A DNA stretch of 64,000 nucleotides, from contig NZ_JBOIGG010000017.1 of the NCBI RefSeq assembly GCF_050742655.1, positions 10,144 through 74,143 on the forward strand. Reading direction: 5' to 3'. Positions 1 to 11,191 of the stretch are shown here, one piece after another. The notes below the pieces were generated by a model. The model was not told where the DNA came from. It was given only the letters and a program-made list of their open reading frames with translations, and made no database searches. The position numbers were made by a program, and so were the translations under genes. This stretch comes from Paraburkholderia sp. (GTDB taxonomy: Bacteria; Pseudomonadota; Gammaproteobacteria; Burkholderiales; Burkholderiaceae). Position 1 is the stretch's first letter, and every line of letters begins with the position of its first letter.

Positions 1-105
1 GGCTACAATCATGGGCAGGCTGTACAAACGATAAAATCGGATGGTATAGTTGCCTCGCTCCTCGATGCCGCCAAGGCAATCGCGGCATATCAATCACCGG
101 CTTAA
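1..105 (+). CDS. gph: phosphoglycolate phosphatase, C-terminal fragment (5'-truncated by window edge)
   Basis: Frame 1 reads GYNHGQAVQTIKSDGIVASLLDAAKAIAAYQSPA* with TAA at 103-105. The GYNHG motif is typical of Gph C-termini, and the position upstream of trpE fits the betaproteobacterial rpe-gph-trpE arrangement. Confidence 0.75.
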   Translation, partial: GYNHGQAVQTIKSDGIVASLLDAAKAIAAYQSPA

Positions 106-119
106 CAAAGTCCTTCCTC

Positions 120-194
120 ATGTTTCTGAATAAAAAACGGAGTCTGAGCAGCATCGACCGGGGAGCTTGGCCCTGGCGTCGCTGGTCGCACTGA
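120..194 (+). CDS. Trp-rich leader peptide (TrpL-like), 24 aa, not in ORF track
   Basis: ATG at 120 to TGA at 192-194 translates as MFLNKKRSLSSIDRGAWPWRRWSH*, with three TGG codons (168, 174, 183) clustered near the 3' end, directly upstream of trpE. Confidence 0.8.
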   Translation: MFLNKKRSLSSIDRGAWPWRRWSH

Positions 195-195
195 C

Positions 196-240
196 ACCTC
201 GCTTGAGGTACGCTGAAGCCCGACTTCGGCACCGTTTTTT
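196..240 (+). promoter_or_regulatory. candidate trp attenuator hairpins
   Basis: Hairpin ACCTC-gctt-GAGGT (196-209). Hairpin GCTGAAG-cccga-CTTCGGC (212-230, one G-U), extendable by GGT 207-209 / ACC 231-233 and followed by T6 at 235-240. The two hairpins compete for 207-209. Confidence 0.55.
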
Positions 241-492
241 ACTTCGCTGCGCTCGCGCACTTTTCCTGGTTGTTTGTTGCTGGTCCCGCTTTGTCGGCTT
301 GACCGTCGCCGCGTACCTGATGTGCTGCTTCAGGCACCGCGACGATCCACCCGATGCGCGCACCGCACCTCCAGGTTCTGCTCCGCACCGGTCGCTCCCG
401 CCCGACACCGTCGACGGCACCCGCAACCGGCAGCGCAACACACTGCATTGTCCGGCGCTGCCTGCCGCCGGACGCACGAACAGGATCGGAAC

Positions 493-1986
493 ATGACCGA
501 ACTCGAATTCCAGTCTCTCGCGAACGAGGGCTTCAACCGCATTCCGCTGATCGCCGAAGCGCTCTCCGATCTCGACACGCCGCTGTCGCTCTATCTGAAG
601 CTCGCGCAGCCCGAACGCAACGGCGCCAATTCGTTCCTGCTCGAGTCGGTGGTGGGCGGCGAACGGTTCGGCCGCTATTCGTTCATCGGATTGCCGGCAC
701 GCACGCTGATCCGCACGCGCAACGGCATCTCCGAAGTGGTGAAGGACGGCAAGGTCGTCGAAACCCACGAAGACGATCCACTCACGTTCATCGAGCAGTT
801 CCAGAAACGCTTCAAGGTCGCACAGCGCCCGGGCCTGCCGCGTTTTGCCGGCGGCCTCGCGGGCTACTTCGGTTACGACGCGGTGCGCTATATCGAAAAG
901 AAGCTCGCGCACACCGCGCCGCCCGACGATCTGAATCTCCCCGACATCCAGCTGCTGCTGACCGAAGAGGTCGCGGTGATCGACAACCTCGCGGGCAAGC
1001 TGTATCTCGTGATCTATGTCGACCCGACCACACCCGAAGCCTACGCCCGCGCGAAGCAGCGTCTGCGCGAACTGCGCCAGCGTCTGCGTACCACCGTGCA
1101 GCCGCCGGTCACGTCGGCGAGCGTGCGCACCGAAACGTATCGCGAGTTCGCGAAAGACGACTACCTCGCCGCCGTGCGCAAGGCGAAGGAATACATCGCG
1201 GCCGGCGAACTGATGCAGGTGCAGGTCGGCCAGCGCCTCACCAAGCCGTATCGCGACAATCCGCTGTCGCTGTACCGCGCGTTGCGCTCGCTGAATCCGT
1301 CTCCGTATATGTACTACTACAACTTCGGCGAATTCCATGTGGTGGGTGCATCGCCGGAAATTCTCGTGCGCCAGGAAAAGCGCGGCGAAGATCGCATCGT
1401 GACGATCCGTCCGCTCGCGGGCACGCGGCCGCGCGGCAACACGCCCGAGCGCGATGCTGAACTCGCCACCGAACTGCTGAACGACCCAAAGGAAGTCGCC
1501 GAGCACGTAATGCTGATCGACCTCGCGCGCAACGACGTCGGTCGTATCGCGCAGATCGGCTCGGTCGTGGTGACCGACAAGATGGCGATCGAAAAGTACT
1601 CGCACGTGCAGCACATCGTGAGCTCGGTGGAAGGCAAACTGAAGCCAGGCATGACGAACTTCGACGTGCTGCGCGCGACCTTCCCGGCCGGCACGCTGTC
1701 GGGCGCGCCGAAAGTCCGTGCGATGGAACTGATCGACGAACTCGAACCCGTGAAGCGTGGGCTGTACGGCGGCGCAGTCGGCTATGTGTCGTTCACGGGC
1801 GAGATGGATCTCGCGATCACGATCCGCACCGGCGTGATCCACAACGGCAACCTGTACGTGCAGGCCGCAGCGGGCGTCGTCGCGGATTCGGTACCCGAAT
1901 CCGAATGGCAAGAGACCGAGAACAAGGCGCGCGCGGTGCTGCGCGCCGCCGAGCAGGTGCAGGACGGCCTCGATAGCGACTTCTGA
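493..1986 (+). CDS. trpE: anthranilate synthase component I
   Basis: [47 protein letters not shown] and YGGAVGY motifs. Start moved to ATG 493 (MTELEF). Confidence 0.97.
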   Translation: MTELEFQSLANEGFNRIPLIAEALSDLDTPLSLYLKLAQPERNGANSFLLESVVGGERFGRYSFIGLPARTLIRTRNGISEVVKDGKVVETHEDDPLTFIEQFQKRFKVAQRPGLPRFAGGLAGYFGYDAVRYIEKKLAHTAPPDDLNLPDIQLLLTEEVAVIDNLAGKLYLVIYVDPTTPEAYARAKQRLRELRQRLRTTVQPPVTSASVRTETYREFAKDDYLAAVRKAKEYIAAGELMQVQVGQRLTKPYRDNPLSLYRALRSLNPSPYMYYYNFGEFHVVGASPEILVRQEKRGEDRIVTIRPLAGTRPRGNTPERDAELATELLNDPKEVAEHVMLIDLARNDVGRIAQIGSVVVTDKMAIEKYSHVQHIVSSVEGKLKPGMTNFDVLRATFPAGTLSGAPKVRAMELIDELEPVKRGLYGGAVGYVSFTGEMDLAITIRTGVIHNGNLYVQAAAGVVADSVPESEWQETENKARAVLRAAEQVQDGLDSDF

Positions 1987-1999
1987 CCGGAGACAGACC

Positions 2000-2593
2000 A
2001 TGCTGCTGATGATCGACAACTACGACTCGTTCACCTATAACCTGGTCCAGTACTTCGGCGAACTCGGCGAAGACGTGCGGACCCATCGCAACGACGAAAT
2101 CACGCTCGACGAAATCGCCGCACTGAAGCCCGAGCGCATCTGCCTGTCACCGGGACCGAGCAACCCGCAACATGCGGGCATCACGCTCGACGTGCTGCGC
2201 GAATTTTCCGGCAAGGTGCCGATTCTCGGCGTGTGCCTCGGCCATCAGGCGATCGGCGAAGCATTCGGCGGCCGCGTGGTGCGCGCGCAGACCATCATGC
2301 ACGGCAAGGTGAGCGAGATCGAAACCGACTGCAAAGGCGTGTTCGCCGACCTGCCGAAGCACTTCACCGTGACCCGCTATCACTCGCTCGCCATTGAACG
2401 CGAATCGCTGCCCGATTGCCTCGAGGTATCGGCGTGGACCGAGGATGGCGAGATCATGGGCGTGCGTCACAAAACGCTCGCGGTCGAAGGCGTACAGTTT
2501 CATCCAGAATCGATCCTGTCCGAACACGGTCACGCGCTGCTGGAGAATTTCGTCAAGCAGTCGAAATCCGCCGACCGGCATCGCCACGCATGA
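2000..2593 (+). CDS. trpG: anthranilate synthase component II (glutamine amidotransferase)
   Basis: [23 protein letters not shown] and QFHPES class I GATase motifs. Confidence 0.96.
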   Translation: MLLMIDNYDSFTYNLVQYFGELGEDVRTHRNDEITLDEIAALKPERICLSPGPSNPQHAGITLDVLREFSGKVPILGVCLGHQAIGEAFGGRVVRAQTIMHGKVSEIETDCKGVFADLPKHFTVTRYHSLAIERESLPDCLEVSAWTEDGEIMGVRHKTLAVEGVQFHPESILSEHGHALLENFVKQSKSADRHRHA

Positions 2594-2610
2594 AGATCGA
2601 GGCCGAAATC

Positions 2611-3642
2611 ATGTCGATTACCCCACAGGAAGCACTCCAGCGCACGATCGAGCATCGCGAGATCTTCCACGACGAAATGCTGCACCTGATGCGCCTCATC
2701 ATGCGCGGCGACATGTCGCCGGTCATGTCGGCAGCGATCATCACCGGGCTGCGTGTCAAGAAAGAAACCATCGGCGAAATCGCCGCGGCCGCGACGGTGA
2801 TGCGTGAATTCGCGCTGCACGTCGACGTGCCGGACAACTCGAACTTCGTCGATATCGTCGGTACCGGCGGCGACGGCGCGCACACGTTCAACATCTCGAC
2901 GGCGACGATGTTCGTCGCCGCGGCGGCCGGCGCGAAGGTAGCAAAGCACGGCAACCGCGGTGTGTCGAGCAAGTCGGGCAGCGCCGACGTGCTCGAGGCG
3001 CTCGGCGTGAACATCGATCTGCAGCCGGATCAGGTCGCTGCGTCGATCGCCGAAACGGGCATGGGCTTCATGTTCGCGCCGAACCATCATCCGGCGATGA
3101 AGAACATCGCGCCGGTACGCCGCGAACTCGGCGTGCGGACCATCTTCAACATCCTCGGCCCGCTGACCAATCCGGCCGGCGCGCCGAACCAGCTGATGGG
3201 CGTGTTTCACCCTGATCTCGTCGGCATTCAGGTCCGCGTGATGCAGCGTCTCGGCGCGAAGCACGTACTCGTCGTGTACGGGATGGACGGCATGGACGAG
3301 GTGTCGCTCGGCGCGACGACGCAGGTCGGCGAACTGCGTAACGGCGAAGTGCGCGAGTACGAAATCCATCCCGAAGACTTCGGCATGCAGATGGTGTCGA
3401 ACCGCACGCTGAAGGTCGCGGACGCGAACGAATCGAAGGCGATGCTGCTCGAGGCGCTCGACAACACGCCCGGCGTCGCGCGCGAAATCGTCGTGCTGAA
3501 CGCAGGCACCGCGCTCTACGCAGCGGACATCGCCGACTCGATCGCTGACGGCATCGGCATCGCGCGCGAAGTGATCGCGAGCGGCCGCGCGCGCGCGAAG
3601 GTCGACGAACTGGTCCGCTTCACCCAGCCATTCAGGCAGTAA
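2611..3642 (+). CDS. trpD: anthranilate phosphoribosyltransferase
   Basis: [31 protein letters not shown] and [13 protein letters not shown] motifs. Alternative start at ATG 2590. Confidence 0.96.
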   Translation: MSITPQEALQRTIEHREIFHDEMLHLMRLIMRGDMSPVMSAAIITGLRVKKETIGEIAAAATVMREFALHVDVPDNSNFVDIVGTGGDGAHTFNISTATMFVAAAAGAKVAKHGNRGVSSKSGSADVLEALGVNIDLQPDQVAASIAETGMGFMFAPNHHPAMKNIAPVRRELGVRTIFNILGPLTNPAGAPNQLMGVFHPDLVGIQVRVMQRLGAKHVLVVYGMDGMDEVSLGATTQVGELRNGEVREYEIHPEDFGMQMVSNRTLKVADANESKAMLLEALDNTPGVAREIVVLNAGTALYAADIADSIADGIGIAREVIASGRARAKVDELVRFTQPFRQ

Positions 3643-3661
3643 TTTTCGGTACGGAATTCTC

Positions 3662-4447
3662 ATGAGCGATATCCTCGAACGCATCATCGACGTCAAGCGC
3701 AGCGAGATCCGCGCGGCGCAGCAGAGCGCGCCGCTCGAAGAACTGAAGCTCGAAGCGTCAGCGCGCGATCTGCGCGACTTCGTCGGCGCGCTGCGCGCGA
3801 AGCACGCGGCCGGCGTCGCGGCCGTGATCTCCGAAGTGAAGAAGGCGAGCCCGTCGAAGGGCGTGATACGCGAGCATTTCGTGCCCGCCGACATCGCGCA
3901 GTCGTACGCGAAGCACGGCGCCGCGTGCCTGTCGGTGCTGACCGACGTGCAATTCTTCCAGGGCAGCGCCGCGTACCTCGAAGAAGCGCGCGCGGCCTGC
4001 GATCTGCCGGTGCTGCGCAAGGACTTCATCGTCGATCCGTATCAGATCGTCGAAGCGCGCGCGATGGGTGCGGATGCGATCCTGCTTATCGCAGCCGCGC
4101 TCGATACACCGCAGATGCAGGACCTCGAAGCGTTCGCGCATTCGCTCGGGCTCGCGGTGCTGGTCGAGGTGCACGATCACGACGAACTTGCCGAAGCGCT
4201 GACGCTGAAGACGCCGCTGATCGGTGTCAACAACCGCAATCTGCGCACGTTCGAAACGTCGATCGAGACGACCATCAGCATGCTCGATTCGATTCCGGAC
4301 GACCGTATCGTCGTCACCGAATCGGGCATCCTGTCGCGTGCGGATGTGGAGCGGCTGCGCGCACAGGACGTGAACACGTTCCTCGTCGGCGAAGCGTTCA
4401 TGCGCGCGGACAACCCAGGCGCGGAACTCGCGCGGATGTTCTTCTGA
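3662..4447 (+). CDS. trpC: indole-3-glycerol phosphate synthase
   Basis: [27 protein letters not shown] and GVNNRNL motifs. Confidence 0.97.
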   Translation: MSDILERIIDVKRSEIRAAQQSAPLEELKLEASARDLRDFVGALRAKHAAGVAAVISEVKKASPSKGVIREHFVPADIAQSYAKHGAACLSVLTDVQFFQGSAAYLEEARAACDLPVLRKDFIVDPYQIVEARAMGADAILLIAAALDTPQMQDLEAFAHSLGLAVLVEVHDHDELAEALTLKTPLIGVNNRNLRTFETSIETTISMLDSIPDDRIVVTESGILSRADVERLRAQDVNTFLVGEAFMRADNPGAELARMFF

Positions 4448-4471
4448 CCGGTTCTCCTGACTGAGCACGCG

Positions 4472-5107
4472 ATGGGTATCGAACGTGAAATCAAGCTGGC
4501 GCTGCCGGCGGACCAGGTACCTGCGGCCACGCAATGGTTCGTCGCGCGCACCGGCCACGCCGGTGACCCGCTGCCGCTGGCAAACCGTTACTTCGATACG
4601 CCCGCGCTTGCACTCGCCCGCGCAAAAAGCGCGTTGCGTTTGCGGCAGACGCCGCAAGGCTGGCTGCAGACGTTCAAGACCATAGGTGTCGCGACCGGCG
4701 GCCTGCACAGCCGGCACGAATGGGAGATACCCGTCGCGGGTCCCGCGCTCGAGATCGATGCGCTGCTGCACGCCTGCGACGATGCATCCGCTGCAGATGC
4801 ATTACGACACGCCGCGCCCGAACTGATCGAATTGTTTCGCACCGACTTCATGCGCACGATCTGGCACGTCGACCATGCTGACGCCCAGATCGAAGCAGCG
4901 ATCGATATCGGCGAAGTGATCGCGGTGATCGACGGCAACACGCGGCGCGCACCGATCTGCGAAGTCGAGCTGGAGCTGAAGCGCGGCGGGAACGACGGCG
5001 ACCGCGCGTTGCACGCACTCGCCGACGAACTGTGCGCCGCGGTACCGGGCCTCGCCCCCGACGACATCAGCAAGGCGCAGCGCGGCTACCGGCTGCGCGA
5101 ACGCTGA
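4472..5107 (+). CDS. CYTH domain protein (inorganic triphosphatase-like)
   Basis: N-terminal EREIKL (ExExK), YFDT, LRLR, EVELELK and SKAQRGY motifs. Confidence 0.88.
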   Translation: MGIEREIKLALPADQVPAATQWFVARTGHAGDPLPLANRYFDTPALALARAKSALRLRQTPQGWLQTFKTIGVATGGLHSRHEWEIPVAGPALEIDALLHACDDASAADALRHAAPELIELFRTDFMRTIWHVDHADAQIEAAIDIGEVIAVIDGNTRRAPICEVELELKRGGNDGDRALHALADELCAAVPGLAPDDISKAQRGYRLRER

Positions 5108-5153
5108 ACCCGCGCCTTGAGCTACCGCAGCTTTGCTGCGACACTTGCGCGTC

Positions 5154-5972
5154 ATGACGTCCTCATCCCGATCCCGATCCCTCTCGCAGCCGTCGCAGCC
5201 TTCGCTGTTCGCCGACGAGCCCGCCCCCTCCGCCGTGCCGGCGCTACCATCCATGCAATCGCTCGAAGCACAGTTCGCTGCGCTACCGCCCGAGTGGCGC
5301 AAGCTGCTGCAACCGTTCATCGACAGTGACGCGTATGCGCCGCTATGTCGTTTCGTCGATGGCGAACGGGCAGCCGGCAAGACCGTGTACCCGGCGGACG
5401 TATTTCGCGCGTTGCGTCTGACCAGCCCCGACGACGTGAAAGTCGTGATCCTCGGCCAGGATCCGTATCACGGCGAAGATCGCGGCACGCCGCAGGCGCA
5501 CGGTCTCGCGTTTTCGGTGCCGCCTTCGGTGCGGCCGCCGCCGTCGCTCAAGAACATCTTCAAGGAAATCGCGGCGAGCCTCGGCCATCCGCCGCCCGCT
5601 CACGGCTGCCTCGACGCATGGGCGCGGCAAGGCGTGCTGCTATTGAACACGGTGCTGACCGTCGAGCGTGACAACGCGGCAAGCCATGCGAAGCGCGGTT
5701 GGGAACGCTGCACCGACACGCTGATTCACGAACTCGCGCAGCGTCACGAGGGTCTCGTGTTCATGCTGTGGGGCGCGCATGCGCAGGCGAAGCGCGCGCT
5801 GCTCGGCGGCCGGTCGCACAAAGTGCTTGAGGCGCCGCATCCGTCGCCGCTGTCCGCTCATCGCGGCTTTCTCGGCTGCGGGCATTTCGCGCTCGCGAAC
5901 ACCTATCTTGTCGAGCAGGGTCGCGAACCGATCGACTGGCGCTTGCCCGAGACTGCGGAAACGCTCGCATAG
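5154..5972 (+). CDS. ung: uracil-DNA glycosylase (family 1)
   Basis: GQDPYH, PPSLKNI, GVLLLN, LWG..AQ and [11 protein letters not shown] motifs. Start moved to ATG 5154. Confidence 0.95.
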   Translation: MTSSSRSRSLSQPSQPSLFADEPAPSAVPALPSMQSLEAQFAALPPEWRKLLQPFIDSDAYAPLCRFVDGERAAGKTVYPADVFRALRLTSPDDVKVVILGQDPYHGEDRGTPQAHGLAFSVPPSVRPPPSLKNIFKEIAASLGHPPPAHGCLDAWARQGVLLLNTVLTVERDNAASHAKRGWERCTDTLIHELAQRHEGLVFMLWGAHAQAKRALLGGRSHKVLEAPHPSPLSAHRGFLGCGHFALANTYLVEQGREPIDWRLPETAETLA

Positions 5973-6000
5973 ACCCGACCCGACACACGACGCGCCCCAA

Positions 6001-6041
6001 AAAGCAAAACGCCACGGATAAATTCCGTGGCGTTTTGCTTT
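6001..6041. terminator. bidirectional intrinsic terminator between convergent ung and azoR
   Basis: Perfect 18-bp inverted repeat AAAGCAAAACGCCACGGA-taaat-TCCGTGGCGTTTTGCTTT with A/T-rich ends. Confidence 0.8.
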
Positions 6042-6086
6042 GTACGACTCCGCCACCGCGACAGCGGCAACGGTAAATCGGCAGAC

Positions 6087-6683
6087 TTACGCTGCGGCAA
6101 TCGCGTCGCGCGCGCCGGCGAGCGCGGCTGCGGCGGAGTCCGGGCCCATGTTCAGGCCTTCCGCGTAGATGAAGGTCACGTCGGTCATGCCGAGGAAGCC
6201 GAGGAACGTCTTCAGGTACGGCGTCTGGGTGTCGTTCGGCGTACCGTGGTACTTGCCACCGCGTGCCGACACGACGAACACCTTCTTGCCCGTTATGAGG
6301 CCTTCCGGACCCGACGCGCCGTAGCGGAACGAGATGCCCGCGCGAGCGATGAAATCGAAATACGTCTTGAGTTGCGACGAGATGCCGAAGTTGTACATCG
6401 GTGCACCGATCACGACGACATCGGCGGCCTGCAGTTCGGCGATCAGCGCTTCGCTGCGTGCGGACAGTGCCTGTTGTTCCGGGCTGCGCTGTTCGGCGGG
6501 CGTGAAGAACGCGCCGAGGATCGCATCGTCGAGGTGGGGCAGCGGCTCAGCCTGCAGGTTACGGACGACGACGTGCGCGTCCGGATGGGATTGCTTCAGC
6601 TTTTCCGTCAGTTCGTTTACCAGCAGCGTCGACTGCGCGCCTTGCGAGCGGGCGGCCGAATTGATTTGCAGGATCGTGGTCAT
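6087..6683 (-). CDS. azoR: FMN-dependent NADH-azoreductase
   Basis: [37 protein letters not shown] and AEGL motifs. Start moved to ATG 6683 (MTTILQ). Confidence 0.92.
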   Translation of the reverse strand: MTTILQINSAARSQGAQSTLLVNELTEKLKQSHPDAHVVVRNLQAEPLPHLDDAILGAFFTPAEQRSPEQQALSARSEALIAELQAADVVVIGAPMYNFGISSQLKTYFDFIARAGISFRYGASGPEGLITGKKVFVVSARGGKYHGTPNDTQTPYLKTFLGFLGMTDVTFIYAEGLNMGPDSAAAALAGARDAIAAA

Positions 6684-6903
6684 CGTTTGACTCCAGTAGG
6701 GGCGCGCAGCGTTTGCGCGAGTGGAGCCATTGTGTTTTTTTGCGGCGCCGCGAAAAAGTACCGTCCCAGCGAAGCATTGTTGCAGCCATAGAACAATCCG
6801 ACGTTCAGACGTTAGGGCAGACGTCGCAGCGTTTCGCTTTCGACAGTAAAGCGTAAGCCGCGCCTGCGGGGCCAGATGCAACGACCCCGGCCCGATCGAC
6901 GCC

Positions 6904-8706
6904 TTATCGGCCGTTCAGCCAGCGTTCACGGGCCTTGCGCGGGGCGGCCTTGTCGCCCGTGGCTTCGAGCACATAACGGGTCACTTCCGGCGCGTCGAGT
7001 TCGACCTGCGCGACCCGCAGTTCGTCGCGCCGGAACGCATGAACCTCGACCTTCGCGCCTGGCAGATAACGCGCGAGCAGCGTGTCGAGATTGCTGCCGG
7101 TCACCCGCAGGCCGTCGATCGCGACCAGCACGTCGCCGGCCGACAGCCCCGCTTTCTGCGCGGCACTGCCGTCGTGCACGACGGCGAGCGTGCAGTCCGC
7201 GCCGTTGCGCACGCGTGCGCCGAGCGACGCGGGCGACGATTTCGCCTGTGCGTCCTGCGCGGGCTTCAGCGATACGCCGAACGGTTTCAGCAATTCGGCG
7301 AGCGGCAGATCGGCCGTGCCGTGCACGCCCTCGGCAAACAGTTCCGCGAGATCCGCGCCGGTCGCCTCGGCGAAGAGCGCCTCGACGTCCGCTTCGTCGA
7401 TGCCGACCGGCTTGCCGTGATAGAAGTCGCGACCATAGCGTTGCCACAGCAGCCGCATCACGTCGTCGAGCGACTTGCGATGACCGGTCTGCGCGCGGAT
7501 CGACAGGTCGAACGCGAGCGCGACGAGCGATCCCTTCGTGTAGTAGCTGACGATCGCGTTTGCGGCGTTCTCGTCCTGCCGGTAATACTTGACCCACGCG
7601 TCGAACGAACTCTCCGCGACGGTCTGCCGGAACCGGCCGCTGCCGCGCAACACGCCGCCCACCACCTTGCCGACCAGCCCGAAATAGTCGTCCGGCGAAA
7701 TCACGCCGCTGCGCACGAGGATCAGGTCGTCGTAATACGACGTGAAGCCCTCGAACAGCCACAGCAGCGACGTCGTGTTTTCGCGCGACAGATCGTACGG
7801 CGCGAACGCGGCCGGCTTGATGCGCTTTACGTTCCACGTATGGAAGTATTCGTGGCTGCACAGGCCAAGATAGGTCCGGTAGCCTTCGGTCATCGCTTCG
7901 AGGCCCGCCACCGGCAGATCGCTGCGATTGCAGATGAGCGCCGTCGACGCGCGGTGTTCGAGACCGCCGTAGCCGTCGGTCACGGCCTGCGTCATGAAGA
8001 CGTAGCGATCCACCGGCGCTTTCTTCGACTTCGGTTCGAACAGCGCGATCTGCGCTTCGCAGATGCGCTTCAGGTCGGCGGCGAGCCGCGGCATGTCGAG
8101 CCCGACCACTCGCCCCGCGATCACGATGTCGTGCGGCACGCCGTGCGCCTTGAACGTCGCGAGCGCGAATTCGCCGAGCGTGACCGGATGGTCGATCAGC
8201 TCGTCATAGTTCTGCGCGCGATATTCGCCGAAGCCGTACCGCTTCGTGCCGCGCGCTTCCGGCAGCGCGGTCGCGACGCGCCACTGACGATACTGGGCAC
8301 CGTCCGGCCGGCGGATATCGACGACGCACGCCGCGTCTTCATGGCCCTCTACAGCGAGAAACACGCTCGTGCCGTTGAAGAAGCCGGTCGTGTCGTCGAG
8401 ATGCGCGGCGCGCACCGACAGGTCCCACGCATAGACCTCGTAGCGCAGCGTCAACGCGCCCTTCACCGGCGCTGCCTGCCACGTGTGCTTGTCGGTCTTC
8501 GCGATACGCACCTTGCGACCCGCGTCGTTGAATGCGCGCAGCGTGACGATGTTGCGCGCGAACTCGCGCACCATGTAGCTGCCCGGAATCCACACGGGCA
8601 GCATGAAGCGTTGCCCGGCCGGATCGGGATCGGCGACGGTGACGGTGACTTCGAACAGGTGGGCGGCGGGTTGCTTCGGGACGATGCTGTAGCGGATCGG
8701 CTTCAT
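6904..8706 (-). CDS. M61 family metallopeptidase with C-terminal PDZ domain
   Basis: [21 protein letters not shown] (HExxH), [10 protein letters not shown] and YYTKG motifs, and a PDZ-like [14 protein letters not shown] segment. Confidence 0.92.
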   Translation of the reverse strand: MKPIRYSIVPKQPAAHLFEVTVTVADPDPAGQRFMLPVWIPGSYMVREFARNIVTLRAFNDAGRKVRIAKTDKHTWQAAPVKGALTLRYEVYAWDLSVRAAHLDDTTGFFNGTSVFLAVEGHEDAACVVDIRRPDGAQYRQWRVATALPEARGTKRYGFGEYRAQNYDELIDHPVTLGEFALATFKAHGVPHDIVIAGRVVGLDMPRLAADLKRICEAQIALFEPKSKKAPVDRYVFMTQAVTDGYGGLEHRASTALICNRSDLPVAGLEAMTEGYRTYLGLCSHEYFHTWNVKRIKPAAFAPYDLSRENTTSLLWLFEGFTSYYDDLILVRSGVISPDDYFGLVGKVVGGVLRGSGRFRQTVAESSFDAWVKYYRQDENAANAIVSYYTKGSLVALAFDLSIRAQTGHRKSLDDVMRLLWQRYGRDFYHGKPVGIDEADVEALFAEATGADLAELFAEGVHGTADLPLAELLKPFGVSLKPAQDAQAKSSPASLGARVRNGADCTLAVVHDGSAAQKAGLSAGDVLVAIDGLRVTGSNLDTLLARYLPGAKVEVHAFRRDELRVAQVELDAPEVTRYVLEATGDKAAPRKARERWLNGR

Positions 8707-8799
8707 CGGCGGGAGGAATGCGGGCGGAGAAAGAGGAGAGGAGAAAACTGCGACATGCAGATGGGAGACGCGTGATGCGCCTCCCGTTGCGTGCGGCGC

Positions 8800-9525
8800 T
8801 TAATGCACCGCCGACAGTTGCTTGTTCAGTTCGTCGGCGGGAATGGCGCCCGGCAGACGACGGCCATCCGCGAGGAACACGGTCGGCGTGCCGGTCACGT
8901 TCATCGCCTGGCCGAGCGCGAGGTTCTTGTCGATGGCTGCGGTATCGCAGGTGCCGGCGGCGGTCGGCGCCTGATGGTTCTGCATCCACGATTCCCACGC
9001 CTTCGCGCGATCAGTCGAACACCAGATCGACTTCGACTTCACTGCCGAATCGGGCGTCAGCACCGGGTACAGGAACGTATAGACCGTCACGTTATCGACC
9101 GACTTCAGCGTGTTTTCCAGCTGCTTGCAGTACGGGCAGTTCGGATCGGAGAACACCGCGATGCGACGGCTGCCGTTGCCCTTCACCACCTTCACCGCGT
9201 TCGCGAACGGCAGGCTCGCGAAGTCGATCCGGTTGGTTTCCGACAGACGCGCTTCGGTCAGGTTCTTGTGCGTCTTCGCATCGACGAGGTCGCCGAGCAG
9301 CACGTAGTCGCCCGTCGCGTCGCTGTACAGAATCTGCGTCCCGAGATTCACCTCGTACAGCCCCGCGATCGGCGATTTCGCCACGCCCTTGATCGTCACG
9401 TCGCCGAGGCGCGCCTGCAGGGTCGCCTTCAGTTTGTCGGTGGTCTGGTCGGCTTGCGCGGTGCAGCCGAGCGTCGCGGTGACGGTCGCGAGGACCAGCG
9501 CGGCGATACGGAGAGACTTGTTCAT
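8800..9525 (-). CDS. dsbC: thiol:disulfide isomerase DsbC
   Basis: Signal peptide, FSDPNCPYCK active site and GTPT cis-Pro loop. Confidence 0.92.
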   Translation of the reverse strand: MNKSLRIAALVLATVTATLGCTAQADQTTDKLKATLQARLGDVTIKGVAKSPIAGLYEVNLGTQILYSDATGDYVLLGDLVDAKTHKNLTEARLSETNRIDFASLPFANAVKVVKGNGSRRIAVFSDPNCPYCKQLENTLKSVDNVTVYTFLYPVLTPDSAVKSKSIWCSTDRAKAWESWMQNHQAPTAAGTCDTAAIDKNLALGQAMNVTGTPTVFLADGRRLPGAIPADELNKQLSAVH

Positions 9526-9594
9526 GCTGATTCCCTGATTCGTTCGCGCGCGCCGGATGCGCGCGCCTGCTTCGAGTGTTCCTGCCTGGCGCCC

Positions 9595-10764
9595 TTACCC
9601 CAGTGCCGCCGATACCAGCCAGCGCTTGACCAGCGGCTGCGCGCCGAGCACCGCCATACCCGCGTTGCGCACCACGCGCGCAAACGGCCCGGGCACCGCG
9701 AACAGCTTCTGCAGACCGTCGGTCGCGAGCATCAGCGCGCGGATGTCTTCGCGGCGCGACCGCTCGTAGCGGCGCAGCAGCACGGTATCGCCAGTATCGC
9801 GGAAGGCTTCTTTCTGCGCGACGACGTCGGCGAGCGAAGCCACGTCGCGCAACCCGAGGTTCATCCCCTGGCCCGCGAGCGGATGGATCAGATGCGCGGC
9901 ATCGCCGACCAGCGCGACACGCGGTGCGATCAGACGGTCGACCGTTTGCAGCGCGAGCGGAAAGCCCTTCGCCGGCGTCACGCATTCGAGGCCGCCCAGC
10001 ACGCCCTGCGACACGCGCTCGACTTCGGCCGCGAGTTGCGCCGGATCGAGCGCGAGCAGTTCGTCCGCATGTTCGGTGCGCGCCGACCAGACGAGCGACA
10101 CGTGGCCGTCGGGCAGCGGCAGCAGCGCGACGATCTCGCCGTCGCGAAACCATTGATATGCGGTCTCGCGATGCGGCCGCTCGGCCTTGAAGTTCGCGAC
10201 CACACCGGTTTGCCGGTAATCGCGCCGCGTCACGTTCGACTCGATCTGCGCGCGCACCCACGAGTGCGCGCCGTCCGCGCCGACGACCAGATCCGCGGCG
10301 ATCGCGCGGCCGTTCGCGAGCGCGACGGTCGCGCCGGTGGGCGTCACGTCGAGACCCTGTGCGCGCGTGTCGAGCCACGTGAGGTTGGCCTGGAAGCGCA
10401 GCGCGGCGTCGAGCGCCCGCTCGATCAGCGACGACTCCGCGATCCACGCGAGTTGCGGCACCGATGCCTGGAACGCGGAGAAATGCAGTTCGGCATGCGC
10501 ATCGCCGAACACGCGCATGTCGTAGACCGGCGCCAGTTTCGACGCATCGAGCGCCTGCCATACGCGCAACCGCTCGAACAGCGCCTGCGAACTCGCCGAC
10601 AGCGCATAGACCCGCGCGTCGAAGGCTTCGTCGGCGGGCTGCGGCGCGCACGGCTGCGCGAGCAGCGCGACGCGCAGTCCGCCCTGCGTCAACGCGAGCG
10701 CAGCGGTCTTGCCGACGAGCCCGCCGCCGATCACGGCGGCGTCAAAGGTCTGGGTATGGGTCAT
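9595..10764 (-). CDS. UbiH/UbiF/VisC family FAD-dependent hydroxylase
   Basis: VIGGGLVG, VGADGAHSWVR and LVGDAAHLIHPLAGQGMNLG motifs. Confidence 0.92.
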   Translation of the reverse strand: MTHTQTFDAAVIGGGLVGKTAALALTQGGLRVALLAQPCAPQPADEAFDARVYALSASSQALFERLRVWQALDASKLAPVYDMRVFGDAHAELHFSAFQASVPQLAWIAESSLIERALDAALRFQANLTWLDTRAQGLDVTPTGATVALANGRAIAADLVVGADGAHSWVRAQIESNVTRRDYRQTGVVANFKAERPHRETAYQWFRDGEIVALLPLPDGHVSLVWSARTEHADELLALDPAQLAAEVERVSQGVLGGLECVTPAKGFPLALQTVDRLIAPRVALVGDAAHLIHPLAGQGMNLGLRDVASLADVVAQKEAFRDTGDTVLLRRYERSRREDIRALMLATDGLQKLFAVPGPFARVVRNAGMAVLGAQPLVKRWLVSAALG

Positions 10765-10960
10765 CCGGGCATTATAGCTGTGGGGGGCGGTCCGGATGGG
10801 GTGGGGGCAACGGCTATTGAGACAGCGACCGGTGCCGGAGCGGACGATGCGTTCGTCCCCAAAGGCTTGCGAGTAGACGGGTCAGCGGATGCAATCGCGA
10901 TCCGTCTCACTTTGCTTCCCAAAACAGTATGAATTTAGCCTGACCCAGGCGAGCCTTGCT

Positions 10961-11191
10961 CTATCGCCTTGCGGATGATTTGACGGAACCGCGTGTAAAT
11001 ATCAATCCGCCGGCAATTGCCGACGATATCCCCGCAACGAAACCCCAGCGCAAGGCGAACACCAGTGCACGCGCACCGCATGCGTCGCTGCATTCGACGG
11101 TTCCCGCTGGCAGGTCGATGTAAAGCGCGAAAAGCCCTCCAGCTAATGCCCCAAAAACGAACAGGGACGTAATAGTTAGCGTTGCTCTCAT
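10961..11191 (-). CDS. small two-TM membrane protein, candidate immunity protein
   Basis: 76 aa with two hydrophobic segments around an ECSDAC loop. Its ATG overlaps the effector TGA (ATGA, 11188-11191), suggesting translational coupling. Confidence 0.6.
   Translation of the reverse strand: MRATLTITSLFVFGALAGGLFALYIDLPAGTVECSDACGARALVFALRWGFVAGISSAIAGGLIFTRGSVKSSARR

Noticed and set aside
274-492. 73-aa N-terminal extension of TrpE given by the ORF track
   Set aside because: It has low-complexity, non-homologous composition. ATG 493 starts the recognisable TrpE sequence, and the region is better explained as leader RNA.
10780-10810. G-rich tract (GGGGGG...GGGG.GGGGG) as a G-quadruplex regulator
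   Set aside because: Only three runs of three or more G, in a high-GC genome, with no supporting context.
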